Source: a virus
Reading direction: 5' to 3' (one strand)
IMG/VR virus record: IMGVR_UViG_3300031669_000002
Span: 64,001 to 128,000 of that record
DNA length: 64,000 bases
The number at the start of each line of letters is the position of its first letter. The first letter of the stretch is position 1. Below the pieces are notes generated by a model that saw nothing but the letters and a program-made list of their open reading frames with translations, was not told the DNA's origin and made no database searches. Both the position numbers and the translations under genes were made by a program. Shown here piece after piece: positions 46,364 through 55,364 of the stretch.

Positions 46364-46722
46364 GCTATTACATTACAATTGATTCAACAAGTCGTATTAC
46401 TGGTCTTTACACTAATGAACCTGGATATCCAGATTTACCAAGTAATCCAATACTAATAAGTGATACAGATGCAGAGACACTAAAAGCGGGGTTTACTGAA
46501 TTTGCGTATGTAAATAACGCAGTAGTTTCTTCTCCTTTATCTGCAGAAGCAAAAACTTACAGTTATGTAGAAGATAGAGCAGCAGCATATCCGCCCATAC
46601 AGGACTACATAGATGGTATTGTTAAGGGAGATACTGCACAGGTTCAGACCTACATAAATGCTTGCTTTGCAGTTAAAGCAAAGTACCCTAAGCCTAAACA
46701 GCCGCCCCGTCGCTTAAAGTAA
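46360..46722 (+). CDS. Tail fibre assembly / chaperone-like protein
   Basis: RAAAYPPIQDYID...AVKAKYPK motif, directly after the fibre gene. Confidence 0.5.
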   Translation: MSYYITIDSTSRITGLYTNEPGYPDLPSNPILISDTDAETLKAGFTEFAYVNNAVVSSPLSAEAKTYSYVEDRAAAYPPIQDYIDGIVKGDTAQVQTYINACFAVKAKYPKPKQPPRRLK

Positions 46723-47154
46723 TTTTTCTAGAGTAGCGATCTTATCAATGATGACTTTGAATTTGAAAGTTCGCCAAACTCCAGGAATTAACGGTTTGGG
46801 ATGATCGATGAGGTTAGTCCAAGCATACCCGCGATGTTCGTCATTAAGTGTAGGAATAAATTCATCGTCGACTGATATCAAAAAAGTATAATAGACAAAC
46901 GTGTGGTTGTCAGAAGTAAAGGTTTCAATTGGTATTGTTTTTCTCTGACTTAGATCAACTCTAGTCTCTTCAATAATTTCGCGATATAGGGCCTCAGTTA
47001 TCCGTTCCCCCTCATTAATTTTTCCGCCCGGAATTCCCCAACTACCAGAATACTTTGCACCATCCCGCAGTAGGAATAGATACCGCTTAGTGTTTTTGGC
47101 ATAAACGAGAGCACCAGCTGCTTCTAATAGGTCTTTTTTCTTAATATCTTCCAT
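46714..47154 (-). CDS. NUDIX hydrolase; probable start 47154
   Basis: Nudix box GGKINEGERITEALYREIIEET. Confidence 0.9.
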   Translation of the reverse strand: MEDIKKKDLLEAAGALVYAKNTKRYLFLLRDGAKYSGSWGIPGGKINEGERITEALYREIIEETRVDLSQRKTIPIETFTSDNHTFVYYTFLISVDDEFIPTLNDEHRGYAWTNLIDHPKPLIPGVWRTFKFKVIIDKIATLEKLL

Positions 47155-47162
47155 AATTTGCA

Positions 47163-47228
47163 TAAATAGTAATGTAGTTCGCGGAGCAGCAACTCCCAAC
47201 TACTCTAACATAAAAGGACTATATCAGT
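47163..47228 (+). promoter_or_regulatory. HEG leader, copy C
   Basis: TAAATA-gtaat-GTAGTT-cgc-GGAG-cagcaa-CTCC-c-AACTAC-tcta...aaagga..atcagt-ATG; compensatory change relative to copies A and B. Confidence 0.75.
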
Positions 47229-47929
47229 ATGTGTATTTATTGTGGTCCACTAAGTATCGAAACATTTATAAGAAACATTACGGCGCAATACCAAACGATT
47301 CTGATGGACGAACCTATGATATACACCATATTGATGGAAATCATTCAAATAATGCACCAGAAAATTTAAAAGCAGTAACTATCCAAGAACATTATGATAT
47401 TCATTATTCTTGTGGTGACTGGGCTGCTTGTTTGAGATTATCGGCAAGAATAAATTTGAATCCTGCCAGAATTAGCGAGTTAGCCAGAAAAAATTCTTTA
47501 GAGAGAGTTGCTAACGGAACACATAATTTTTTAGGTGGAGAAATTCAACGAGAATCTACTAGAAGATACGTAGCAGAGGGAATACATAATTTCTGCAGGA
47601 GATCGGACGGAACAAGTTTAACATTAGATAGAGTTGTAGATGGCACTAATCCATTTTTAGGTCCAGAAAACAATAGAAAAAGAATAGAGGATGGATCTCA
47701 TCATTTTTTACGCAGTAATCTATCCGAAGTTACTTGTCCTTATTGTGGTAAAATAGGCAAGCAAAACATGAAAAGATATCATTTTGATAATTGTGTGGAA
47801 AATCCTAAATCAACCCGCCAGAAAGTTACAAGTCATCAACGAGGGAAAACATATGAAGAACTTTATGGAATAGAAAAAGCATTAAAATTAAAGAAAGCAA
47901 AACAAGGAAGACCAAAAACTAGCACTTAG
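47229..47929 (+). CDS. HNH homing endonuclease, possibly frameshifted near its start
   Basis: YDIHHIDGNHSNNAPENL...EHYDIH HNH core and CPYC...HFDNC tail in the 47231 frame; the leader-aligned ATG at 47229 is in a different frame. Confidence 0.75.
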
Positions 47930-47935
47930 ATTTAA

Positions 47936-49339
47936 TCACTTCAGTGTCGACAGAACTATCGTCCACTGTTCCGGATCGTATCTCCCCTCTATTGCTCTTG
48001 TCCACATCTGGTTTGTTGGTAGCCATTTGAATTGAAGTCCTGATTTTAAGTTACTAACGTATTTAACGCTCGTGGCCGAGGCTGCCACAAAAGATACAAA
48101 CCAACTAGTACCATCATATTCGATTATATCGTTTTCTTTGGCAACCAATGATCCCCATGCTTGCGGCGCATTTCCTGCAGAAGTATTGGCGGACCCAATA
48201 TCGTTAAGTATTAGATATCGTGTGCCAACAGATACATTTAAAAATGTAGTATCTACTGGCATGTTAAATGGATCAATAATTGCATTTACTGGCAAAAACG
48301 AGTTTGTTGGTATCGAATCTAAATTTGTAGAAAATAGCAGTAGAGAAGAATCAGTTGGATGATATGATACTGTTCCTGCCACAACTCCTCCGCTCGGTTG
48401 AGATAGTTGAACTTGAGATGTGCCGTTTTGTAATGCCAGTCCATATGTATCTATTAATGTTTTCCAAGAATCAACTGAGCTACTTGGTTCGACGATTGTG
48501 CCATCTACCGTCTCAGTGATTATTGATGTTTGTCTAGTTAATTTTAATGTGTTACCATAAAACACAACACCGTAGTTCATTGGTGTCATTGCTCTTTGTG
48601 ACAACAGGAATTCTATCGGAAGATCTATTAGATTATCTGCAAGATTACCGTTTGCATCATAGAGACTACTTACCATCTTTTGCACTACTCCAAGTCGCAA
48701 TACCTTAGCAGGCATACTAATCCAAATTGGCAATTCAAATGTCATCGTTGCGATATCAATTGAGTCACTGTTCATTTGCGGAATTGACCGCGAGGTCCAT
48801 ACTGTACTTTTTAGTTGAATTGCGCTAAGACTTGTCCAATCAAGATAGTTATCTGTATTTTGTATTTCAAAGTCAGGATTAAATATTGCACCAATCTGCT
48901 CTAATATCTGTAATTTTTGTTCTTTGTTACTTGTCCAAATATCCAACTTTAGTGTCAGTTTATATGGAACCGGCATAGGACGCTCAATAGTAAATGAATT
49001 TCCTTGATCGTTCCCCCATGTATTACTTGCAGAATCATATGATCGTTCTCTAATGTTGATTTTACCAATAAAAGTTGGATCTTGTAAACGATCTCGATCA
49101 TAGTCAAACCCACTAATATACGCGGCCATAGATGGAACAGTAGGCAAGGCATTTTCGCTGCCACCTGTGATTGCTGCCATTGTTTGACGAGATGGGTCTC
49201 CGTAATAAACAGGAACTGTTTGATATGCAATAATACCTTGAGAATCTTTACCAAACTCAACTTGAAAATGGCTCATTATTCTAATGAACTGTGAAAGGAA
49301 TCTTCTGCATTGACCTGAATAAAAAAATGACTGTGCCAT
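47936..49339 (-). CDS. Tail completion / sheath stabiliser (gp15-like)
   Basis: FFYSGQ.RR, PVPYKLTLKLDIWT, QILEQI...FNP and ATMTFELP motifs. Confidence 0.7.
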   Translation of the reverse strand: MAQSFFYSGQCRRFLSQFIRIMSHFQVEFGKDSQGIIAYQTVPVYYGDPSRQTMAAITGGSENALPTVPSMAAYISGFDYDRDRLQDPTFIGKINIRERSYDSASNTWGNDQGNSFTIERPMPVPYKLTLKLDIWTSNKEQKLQILEQIGAIFNPDFEIQNTDNYLDWTSLSAIQLKSTVWTSRSIPQMNSDSIDIATMTFELPIWISMPAKVLRLGVVQKMVSSLYDANGNLADNLIDLPIEFLLSQRAMTPMNYGVVFYGNTLKLTRQTSIITETVDGTIVEPSSSVDSWKTLIDTYGLALQNGTSQVQLSQPSGGVVAGTVSYHPTDSSLLLFSTNLDSIPTNSFLPVNAIIDPFNMPVDTTFLNVSVGTRYLILNDIGSANTSAGNAPQAWGSLVAKENDIIEYDGTSWFVSFVAASATSVKYVSNLKSGLQFKWLPTNQMWTRAIEGRYDPEQWTIVLSTLK

Positions 49340-49350
49340 TGAGTTTCCTG

Positions 49351-50751
49351 TTAGTAGTCAGCTTTAGGACGCAAAGCTTGATCTAGTGATTGTCTTTCTG
49401 GTACTACATCTCCATTAGCAAGAGTAAGCGTATTTGTGTCATTGATAAAACGATTACGCCATGTTTGATTATTTGGATCTCCTGGAGTAAGATTAGTTCT
49501 AACGTTGTCTTCCATCTTAACCCATTTGATTCCGTCAAACCTAAATAAACGGTTAGGCAAATAATCCAATCTTAGGAAGTAGTCTCCCATATTTGGGATT
49601 GCTGGGAAAGAAACACCAGCATTTACAGCAAGCCCATCTGGGGCTAATCCATCTCCGCTCAAGTAGCCCTTAGGATTCATCTCTGGTGTTGGACTATAAG
49701 ATCCCTGATCAGATGTTAACTCAGAGTCGCTTGTATCGGTTTGGTCATCTCCTGTCAGTATATCTGTTGCAGCTACTCCATTCTCATCTACATGCGGCGC
49801 ATAAATCTTACTTACATCATAACCACTCTTCGGAACATCATAGGTTGCTTGAGAAATAATCGCTTCGTTTATATCCATAAACTTCTGATATGTGCTAATA
49901 ATGTTAGATATTGGCGTAGTATTTGCTGTCACATTTCCTGCTGTGCCCATTGGACCAGAAGTGTCTAATACTGCGATATTATTAAGAACATCTTTGTATT
50001 CTTGACTATCTACTAATGGACTAAGTTTTGCTCTCCATAAATGAGGATACCAAGTTGGGCTAAATCCTTCAGTTGCCCAAGAACAATCTCCTACAACATA
50101 AAATCGTTTTAACGCTGTTTCGGCGTCTATCGCATAATCATCTTTAAGATGTAAAAATTCAAGCACGTCTCCGTTCATAACACGACGAGACAAAATATCA
50201 ACCATATCGTTATGGTGGAATGTCATTACTATTGTGCCGGTTTGTAAGAATAAGCCAAATTGTGTTAGGTCAAAGTCGTTGTCTTGCCTTTGATATGATC
50301 CACGCATAACATATACATCTGGATCATATTTACGATCACGATTTTCTAAAAATAGTATATCTTGTATTGTTGTTGGTGTAGGGTTTGGATTAGCTGGCTT
50401 GGTTGCATCGCTACTAAAACCGACCTGCGTATTTGCCGGTAATACTGCTGTAGTAGGAATAGACAACGTAACTGATGTGGGGCTAATACTTGACACAGTA
50501 GCACCAACAGGAATATTTGTGCCGTAAGCAAAATCTCCGATATTGATACCGGATGTAGATGGGAATGTCAGTGGGCTGATAGTAGCTGCTTGAGTGACAG
50601 AAGTTACTACTTGCGTTCCTTGAGGAATCGGCCCAAGATACTTGTGGACAAGTATTTCTGTTGATCCCATTCTAAACATTTCAGAGATAGTTTTGTCGAA
50701 GAACTTATAGTCCTTTCCCTTTTCCTGCTTCCATAAGCTTATTTTAGCCAC
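49351..50751 (-). CDS. Neck / head-closure protein (gp14-like)
   Basis: IQDILFLENRDRKYD, DLTQFGLF, GDVLEF.HL and WYPHLWRAK motifs; TAAATA at 50778-50783. Confidence 0.65.
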   Translation of the reverse strand: MAKISLWKQEKGKDYKFFDKTISEMFRMGSTEILVHKYLGPIPQGTQVVTSVTQAATISPLTFPSTSGINIGDFAYGTNIPVGATVSSISPTSVTLSIPTTAVLPANTQVGFSSDATKPANPNPTPTTIQDILFLENRDRKYDPDVYVMRGSYQRQDNDFDLTQFGLFLQTGTIVMTFHHNDMVDILSRRVMNGDVLEFLHLKDDYAIDAETALKRFYVVGDCSWATEGFSPTWYPHLWRAKLSPLVDSQEYKDVLNNIAVLDTSGPMGTAGNVTANTTPISNIISTYQKFMDINEAIISQATYDVPKSGYDVSKIYAPHVDENGVAATDILTGDDQTDTSDSELTSDQGSYSPTPEMNPKGYLSGDGLAPDGLAVNAGVSFPAIPNMGDYFLRLDYLPNRLFRFDGIKWVKMEDNVRTNLTPGDPNNQTWRNRFINDTNTLTLANGDVVPERQSLDQALRPKADY

Positions 50752-50796
50752 GATTGCGTTCCTGTAAGTGTATGATGTATTTAGTGAAAATTTCGG

Positions 50797-50825
50797 TTGA
50801 CAAACGAGTTAAATGAGTGTATAAT
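50797..50825 (+). promoter_or_regulatory. Consensus sigma70 early promoter
   Basis: TTGACA-17-TATAAT, exact. Confidence 0.88.
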
Positions 50826-50854
50826 GTTTGTATTAAGTAATAAACTGAGAATAT

Positions 50855-51058
50855 ATGACTGAAATTAAACACTCCGTTACTATTAACTCTACCCGAGATT
50901 ATTGGGCAATGTTTCGTTGGTGCGAGGAATATGCAGGAAAAAAGAAGGTAGACTGGAAGATTCGCGTTAAGTATCGTGGCGGTATTGTTCCCGCAGAAAC
51001 TATATTTTTCTTTGCTGAAGAATCAATGGCAACATTGTTTACGCTAAAATGGATATGA
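50855..51058 (+). CDS. Small hypothetical protein (ATxFxLK family)
   Basis: First ORF after the promoter; C-terminus FFFAEESMATLFTLKW. Confidence 0.7.
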   Translation: MTEIKHSVTINSTRDYWAMFRWCEEYAGKKKVDWKIRVKYRGGIVPAETIFFFAEESMATLFTLKWI

Positions 51059-51321
51059 TCATAAAAACTGCAATGGACTGGGATAGTGTATCAGATGGCC
51101 TGCTTCGTCAGATATCAACCATCAAAAATGGCAGGAAAAGAATGGAGGCAAGCAAAGTTCTTGCCAACATCGAGGGAATGATAACAAAACTGAGCCAACT
51201 GGAGCTTCAAGCCCGTCGATCGTCCTCACACAGCCCGAGACTGGTTAACGAACAGCTTGACATTATCAATCAATCTGTGCTAGAATTAGAACAATGGATT
51301 ACTCTTCTCCTTCTCTTATGA
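51049..51321 (+). CDS. Hypothetical helical protein
   Basis: Overlapping operon arrangement, 90 aa. Confidence 0.6.
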   Translation: MDMIIKTAMDWDSVSDGLLRQISTIKNGRKRMEASKVLANIEGMITKLSQLELQARRSSSHSPRLVNEQLDIINQSVLELEQWITLLLLL

Positions 51322-51327
51322 GGTGGT

Positions 51328-51612
51328 ATGATACAAGACAACGTAGTAAAATATTTAATCATGCCGCACAAGGTATCTCTGACGGCATTAGCGTTTAATA
51401 TGGAGTGGTTTACACAAGGACGAATATTTACAGAATATGAAAAATGGTGCCGACAAACTGTTGGCCCAGACAACATAGATTGGTGCAGGACTATTGGCCC
51501 AGACAAGGTAGATTGGTGCAGGACAAGGACAAGGCTTGGCAATACGGTGACAATGACCTTTCATTTCAAACGAGAAGAAGACGCAACAATGTTCGCGCTA
51601 AAATTTTTGTAA
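51328..51612 (+). CDS. Small hypothetical protein (ATxFxLK family) with internal repeat
   Basis: GAGGTGG SD; C-terminus FHFKREEDATMFALKF. Confidence 0.7.
   Translation: MIQDNVVKYLIMPHKVSLTALAFNMEWFTQGRIFTEYEKWCRQTVGPDNIDWCRTIGPDKVDWCRTRTRLGNTVTMTFHFKREEDATMFALKFL
51461..51526 (+). repeat. 33-bp tandem duplication (11 aa)
   Basis: ttggcccagacaacatagattggtgcaggacta / ttggcccagacaaggtagattggtgcaggacaa. Confidence 0.88.
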
Positions 51613-51627
51613 TAACAGGAGAACAAA

Positions 51628-52797
51628 ATGGCAAAATTAGTGGGAATTAAACTTCCAAAACCAAAGAAAGAAAAGAAAATTTCTACAAGTGTGCTTGAAG
51701 AAAAGCATGTAGGTTCAGAACCAAAGTGGGACACTGAGCGAGCTAAAAAGTTTGAGAAAGATGTGTTTGAACACAATCTTCGTGCAAGCTTCCGCTATTA
51801 CAATTATTTCTACAGCCAAAAAGACTTGAAGAAGCATGTCGTAGCGTGGGCACAGAAGAATATGGATCTGGATGCAAAAACGCTATCGCTGTATATCGCA
51901 TCGAGCGCAGAAGCCACACCAATGACCGTATGCAGCTTGGTTAAGGCAGAGGCAGTTGGTATGCCAATGCTTAAAAAATATAAAGAATACATCACAAAAA
52001 GCATTCTGAATGCAATTGAAGAAACAAAATCAGAGCCGGCAGTTGTAGAGAAGGTTGTTGCAAAGACTGTTGCTCCTACTATTCAGGACAGATTAGCAGA
52101 AAAGACATCGGAGATCATCGGCGATCTTGAAGTTGAAGTCGACAATGCGTTTCTTAAGAAGCCAACAGGAAGTCCATACGACATCATCACCGCTAAAAAC
52201 TTGGCACACGCCCAAGTCGGCAAAGTTCGCGAGCATTTCCAAAAGCAGATTGATGAACTTAGCGAACTTGTTGCCGGTCAAGACGAACAGTTAAACGAAT
52301 CATACGGCTTTCTGAAGAATTCGGACATCAAACGCATCGGAGCATTTTATGTCAAACTGCTCGCTGATCTTGATAGCTACAGCACCGTCAAGAAAGCGAC
52401 AAAGAAACTGAAAATCAAACGACCACAAAACAAAGACAAGCTCGTCGCTAAAGTTCAGTATCTCAAAGAAAGCAAAGTTCTAAAGCTTGTTAGTGTTCCG
52501 CCAGCAGATATTATTGGCGCACAAGAGCTTTGGGTGTATCATACGAAACACAAAAAGTTGGGAAAGTATGTTGCCGACGATCATAGTGTATTGGGAGTTA
52601 AGGGAACAACTCTTACAGGATTTAGCGAATCAAAGTCGATGCAGAAGACTTTGCGTAAGCCAGAAGAACAGCTCGCCGCATTTATGAAGGCGGGCAAAGT
52701 TCAGCTGAGAACATTTCTTAAAGATATTAAAGCAGTTGAGACAAAGCTGACCGGCAGGTTAAACGCAGACACGTTGCTATTAAAAATCGAGAAATGA
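51628..52797 (+). CDS. Conserved hypothetical phage protein
   Basis: 389 aa, strong AGGAG SD, basic C-terminal domain LWVY.TK.KKLGKY...KTLRKPEEQL. Confidence 0.75.
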   Translation: MAKLVGIKLPKPKKEKKISTSVLEEKHVGSEPKWDTERAKKFEKDVFEHNLRASFRYYNYFYSQKDLKKHVVAWAQKNMDLDAKTLSLYIASSAEATPMTVCSLVKAEAVGMPMLKKYKEYITKSILNAIEETKSEPAVVEKVVAKTVAPTIQDRLAEKTSEIIGDLEVEVDNAFLKKPTGSPYDIITAKNLAHAQVGKVREHFQKQIDELSELVAGQDEQLNESYGFLKNSDIKRIGAFYVKLLADLDSYSTVKKATKKLKIKRPQNKDKLVAKVQYLKESKVLKLVSVPPADIIGAQELWVYHTKHKKLGKYVADDHSVLGVKGTTLTGFSESKSMQKTLRKPEEQLAAFMKAGKVQLRTFLKDIKAVETKLTGRLNADTLLLKIEK

Positions 52798-53033
52798 ACG
52801 AGTATTTAATTGTCGTGCCGATAAAAGAGGATACTGGTCCAGAACAGTTTCGCCACGACATATTTAAATACTATGTTTCTGGAATACTTGATGACTTGGA
52901 TATAGCGACGAGAAAGCTTTTTTGCTATACTTCTGATAGTCAGAGTTGGGTTATTTTCTGCTCTCCTGAACAAATAACCATGCTTGTTCTTCAGCTGGGT
53001 GCAACGATTGTTAGAACTACAGTTAAAATATGA
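52794..53033 (+). CDS. Small hypothetical protein (ATxFxLK-related)
   Basis: ATGA overlap; C-terminus IFCSPEQITMLVLQL. Confidence 0.6.
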   Translation: MNEYLIVVPIKEDTGPEQFRHDIFKYYVSGILDDLDIATRKLFCYTSDSQSWVIFCSPEQITMLVLQLGATIVRTTVKI

Positions 53034-53236
53034 GATATCGCATTGCCTTCCCCACACTAACTTCTGCAGATGAGGAGGAGCAGATTCTCCTCGATTTAGG
53101 CATAAATCAATATATTAAGTGGTCTCTTTCATACTGGAATATCACTTGTTCTCCAGAGATATTAACGATGCTAATATTAAAATATGATATTTCATATTAT
53201 GATTTGTCAAGAGTAAGTCCGGAGAACTATCTCTAA
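53030..53236 (+). CDS. Small hypothetical protein (ATxFxLK-related)
   Basis: ATGA overlap; ITCSPEILTMLILKY. Confidence 0.6.
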   Translation: MRYRIAFPTLTSADEEEQILLDLGINQYIKWSLSYWNITCSPEILTMLILKYDISYYDLSRVSPENYL

Positions 53237-53271
53237 GCATAAATAGTAGTATTACACCAAGGAATACTACT

Positions 53272-54072
53272 ATGAGCGGACCAGGACTTACACCAGTTGA
53301 CCCAAACCCAAGCCAACTAGAAACAATATCCAGAGCACATTCTGACATTATTGAATACACAAAAGCTCGCTTGGGCGATTCAATGATTGATGTTGACCTC
53401 GATAAAGGTGACTATGAAGTAGCCATCAAGCAGGCTCTACTTAGATATCGCCAAAGAGCAGAAAGGTCGGTTGAAGAATCATTTGCTTTCTTAGATTTGG
53501 TTCCCGACACGCAAGAATACTTCTTACCTAAAGAAGTTATGTCAGTAAAGCAAATATTCCGTCGTGGACTTGGTGGACTCGCCAATGCAACACAGTTTGA
53601 ACCGTTTAGCTCGGGGTTCTTAAATACCTACATGTTGGTAGCTGGTCGTGTTGGCGGACTTACCAATTACGAATTATTCGTAGACTATCAAAAGCTAACA
53701 ATGACGATGTTTGGTGGCTATATCACATTTAACTACAACGATGCGACTAAAAAGCTGGTTATTCACCGTCGTATGCCAGGTGAATATGAAGTAGAATCGG
53801 TTATGCTTTGGATCTATAACTACAAGCCAGATCAAGTTATTCTCAATGATTACAAGGCTTTTCCGTGGATTCAAGATTACGCTTATTCACTGTGCAAACA
53901 CATGTTAGGCGAAGCGCGTGAAAAATATGCAACAATCAACGGCCCACAAGGCGGATCATCGTTAAACGGGACCGCAATGAAGACTGAAGCCAAAGCAGAG
54001 ATGGATCAGTTGATTGTAGACTTAGGACAATATGTTGATGGATCGGCACCAATGTCATTTTTGATCGGGTAA
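53272..54072 (+). CDS. Neck / head-tail adaptor (gp13-like)
   Basis: RLGD.MIDVDLD, WIQDYA, EAREKY and GG.SLNG motifs; TAAATA at 53240-53245. Confidence 0.75.
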   Translation: MSGPGLTPVDPNPSQLETISRAHSDIIEYTKARLGDSMIDVDLDKGDYEVAIKQALLRYRQRAERSVEESFAFLDLVPDTQEYFLPKEVMSVKQIFRRGLGGLANATQFEPFSSGFLNTYMLVAGRVGGLTNYELFVDYQKLTMTMFGGYITFNYNDATKKLVIHRRMPGEYEVESVMLWIYNYKPDQVILNDYKAFPWIQDYAYSLCKHMLGEAREKYATINGPQGGSSLNGTAMKTEAKAEMDQLIVDLGQYVDGSAPMSFLIG

Positions 54073-54107
54073 TCTTTCGTAGTAGGATAACCAGCATAAA
54101 TAAGAGT

Positions 54108-54932
54108 ATGAAAACAATACTCTTAAATATAATTAACGCTGATACTTCTTATAACAAGAATGCTACTCGATATCTCTATAAAACCCACCCGGACTTATGG
54201 AAGCAGGTAGTAGAAACTACTTGCTTTTTGCCAGAATCGGCGTTAGCCAAACAGCGAGTTTGGCACATTCTCAATGAGATATATGATATACCTAGATGTC
54301 CGATAACCGGAGAAGAAGTTAAGTGGTTTTGTAACAGATATTTGGGCACCGCAAATGTATCGGCCAGAACAACACTATTAAACAAATCTGGAAAACTAAA
54401 CAATCGATCAGAAGAAACTAATAAAAAACGATCAGACTCTAATAGAAAAACTGCTGAGGATGGATTAAGAAAGCCCTCTACTATTTCTGAAGAGACAATA
54501 AGACTTCGCACAGAAAAAGCCAAAGAGACTTGTTTAGAGAAGTATGGCGTAGATAACATAAGAAAGTTGCCTGCTATTATAAAGAAAATACAAAAGAAGA
54601 AATATGACTGGCATATTGCCAATGGTGGCACACCAAGAGAACAGAGACCGCTTAAAGATTTGTATTATGATGCAGTAAATAGATTCACCAAAGAAAGTTG
54701 GGTAAATTACTTCGACAAGATCAACCCTCAACGACTAAATCGTTCTGAGTTTCCGCTTGATCACATCTATAGCATTCACCAAGGATTTATGAATAATATT
54801 CCTCCATATATTATTGGACATTGGACTAACTTGCGTATTATCACGCTAATAGAAAACTCATCAAAGGGAAAACGATGCAGCAAGTCTCAAGAAGCATTGT
54901 TCAAAGATTTTTTTGCCAACATAGGTAAATAA
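54108..54932 (+). CDS. HNH-like endonuclease
   Basis: TCLEKYGVDN repeat motif and a C-terminal LDHIYSI...HWTNL.IIT..EN.SKG HNH-like core. Confidence 0.6.
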   Translation: MKTILLNIINADTSYNKNATRYLYKTHPDLWKQVVETTCFLPESALAKQRVWHILNEIYDIPRCPITGEEVKWFCNRYLGTANVSARTTLLNKSGKLNNRSEETNKKRSDSNRKTAEDGLRKPSTISEETIRLRTEKAKETCLEKYGVDNIRKLPAIIKKIQKKKYDWHIANGGTPREQRPLKDLYYDAVNRFTKESWVNYFDKINPQRLNRSEFPLDHIYSIHQGFMNNIPPYIIGHWTNLRIITLIENSSKGKRCSKSQEALFKDFFANIGK

Positions 54933-54936
54933 TTAT

Positions 54937-55320
54937 ATGAGAGCAAAAGAATTTATAACTGAAGGTGGAACAGGATCGTTGGCACCAGGAGTTGCAGATG
55001 CTCTTCCCGCAACTTGGGTCCTACCTGACCTTAAGAGCCAAGACCCCTACTTACAGTATCGCTTTGGTTTAGCACTTGCCGCAGCAAGAGCGCAAGCAGC
55101 CGGTGAAGTATCTTACGCAGACGAAAGCATGTTTGGTGAGAAAATGGTTGTGATGGCCTATACACCAGAAGAAGAAAAAACACTCAATATGGCATTAGCT
55201 ATGTATGGTAAAAATAATGCAAGCCAACTCATATCTACTCGCAGTTCATCAGAGGCAAGCGATGTTCAAAAACATTCACCGGTAGCAAATATCAATCCGA
55301 AACGCAAAATCACATATTAA
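54937..55320 (+). CDS. Late hypothetical protein, candidate internal head protein
   Basis: ATG 5 nt after TAAATA; N-terminus MRAKEFITE. Confidence 0.6.
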   Translation: MRAKEFITEGGTGSLAPGVADALPATWVLPDLKSQDPYLQYRFGLALAAARAQAAGEVSYADESMFGEKMVVMAYTPEEEKTLNMALAMYGKNNASQLISTRSSSEASDVQKHSPVANINPKRKITY

Positions 55321-55329
55321 CCAAAAACC

Positions 55330-55358
55330 TTGCTTTATCCTATCTAATCCTGTATTAT
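55330..55358 (+). promoter_or_regulatory. Sigma70-type promoter
   Basis: TTGCTT-17-TATTAT, 6 nt before the ATG of the nucleotidase. Confidence 0.55.
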
Positions 55359-55364
55359 GGATAT

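Noticed and set aside
47155-47199. N-terminal extension of the NUDIX ORF given by the track
   Set aside because: It is the antisense of HEG leader copy C; Met at 47154 (or 47163) is a more plausible start.
51461-51526. 33-bp repeat as a mini CRISPR or guide array
   Set aside because: Two adjacent copies with no spacer, in frame within a CDS.
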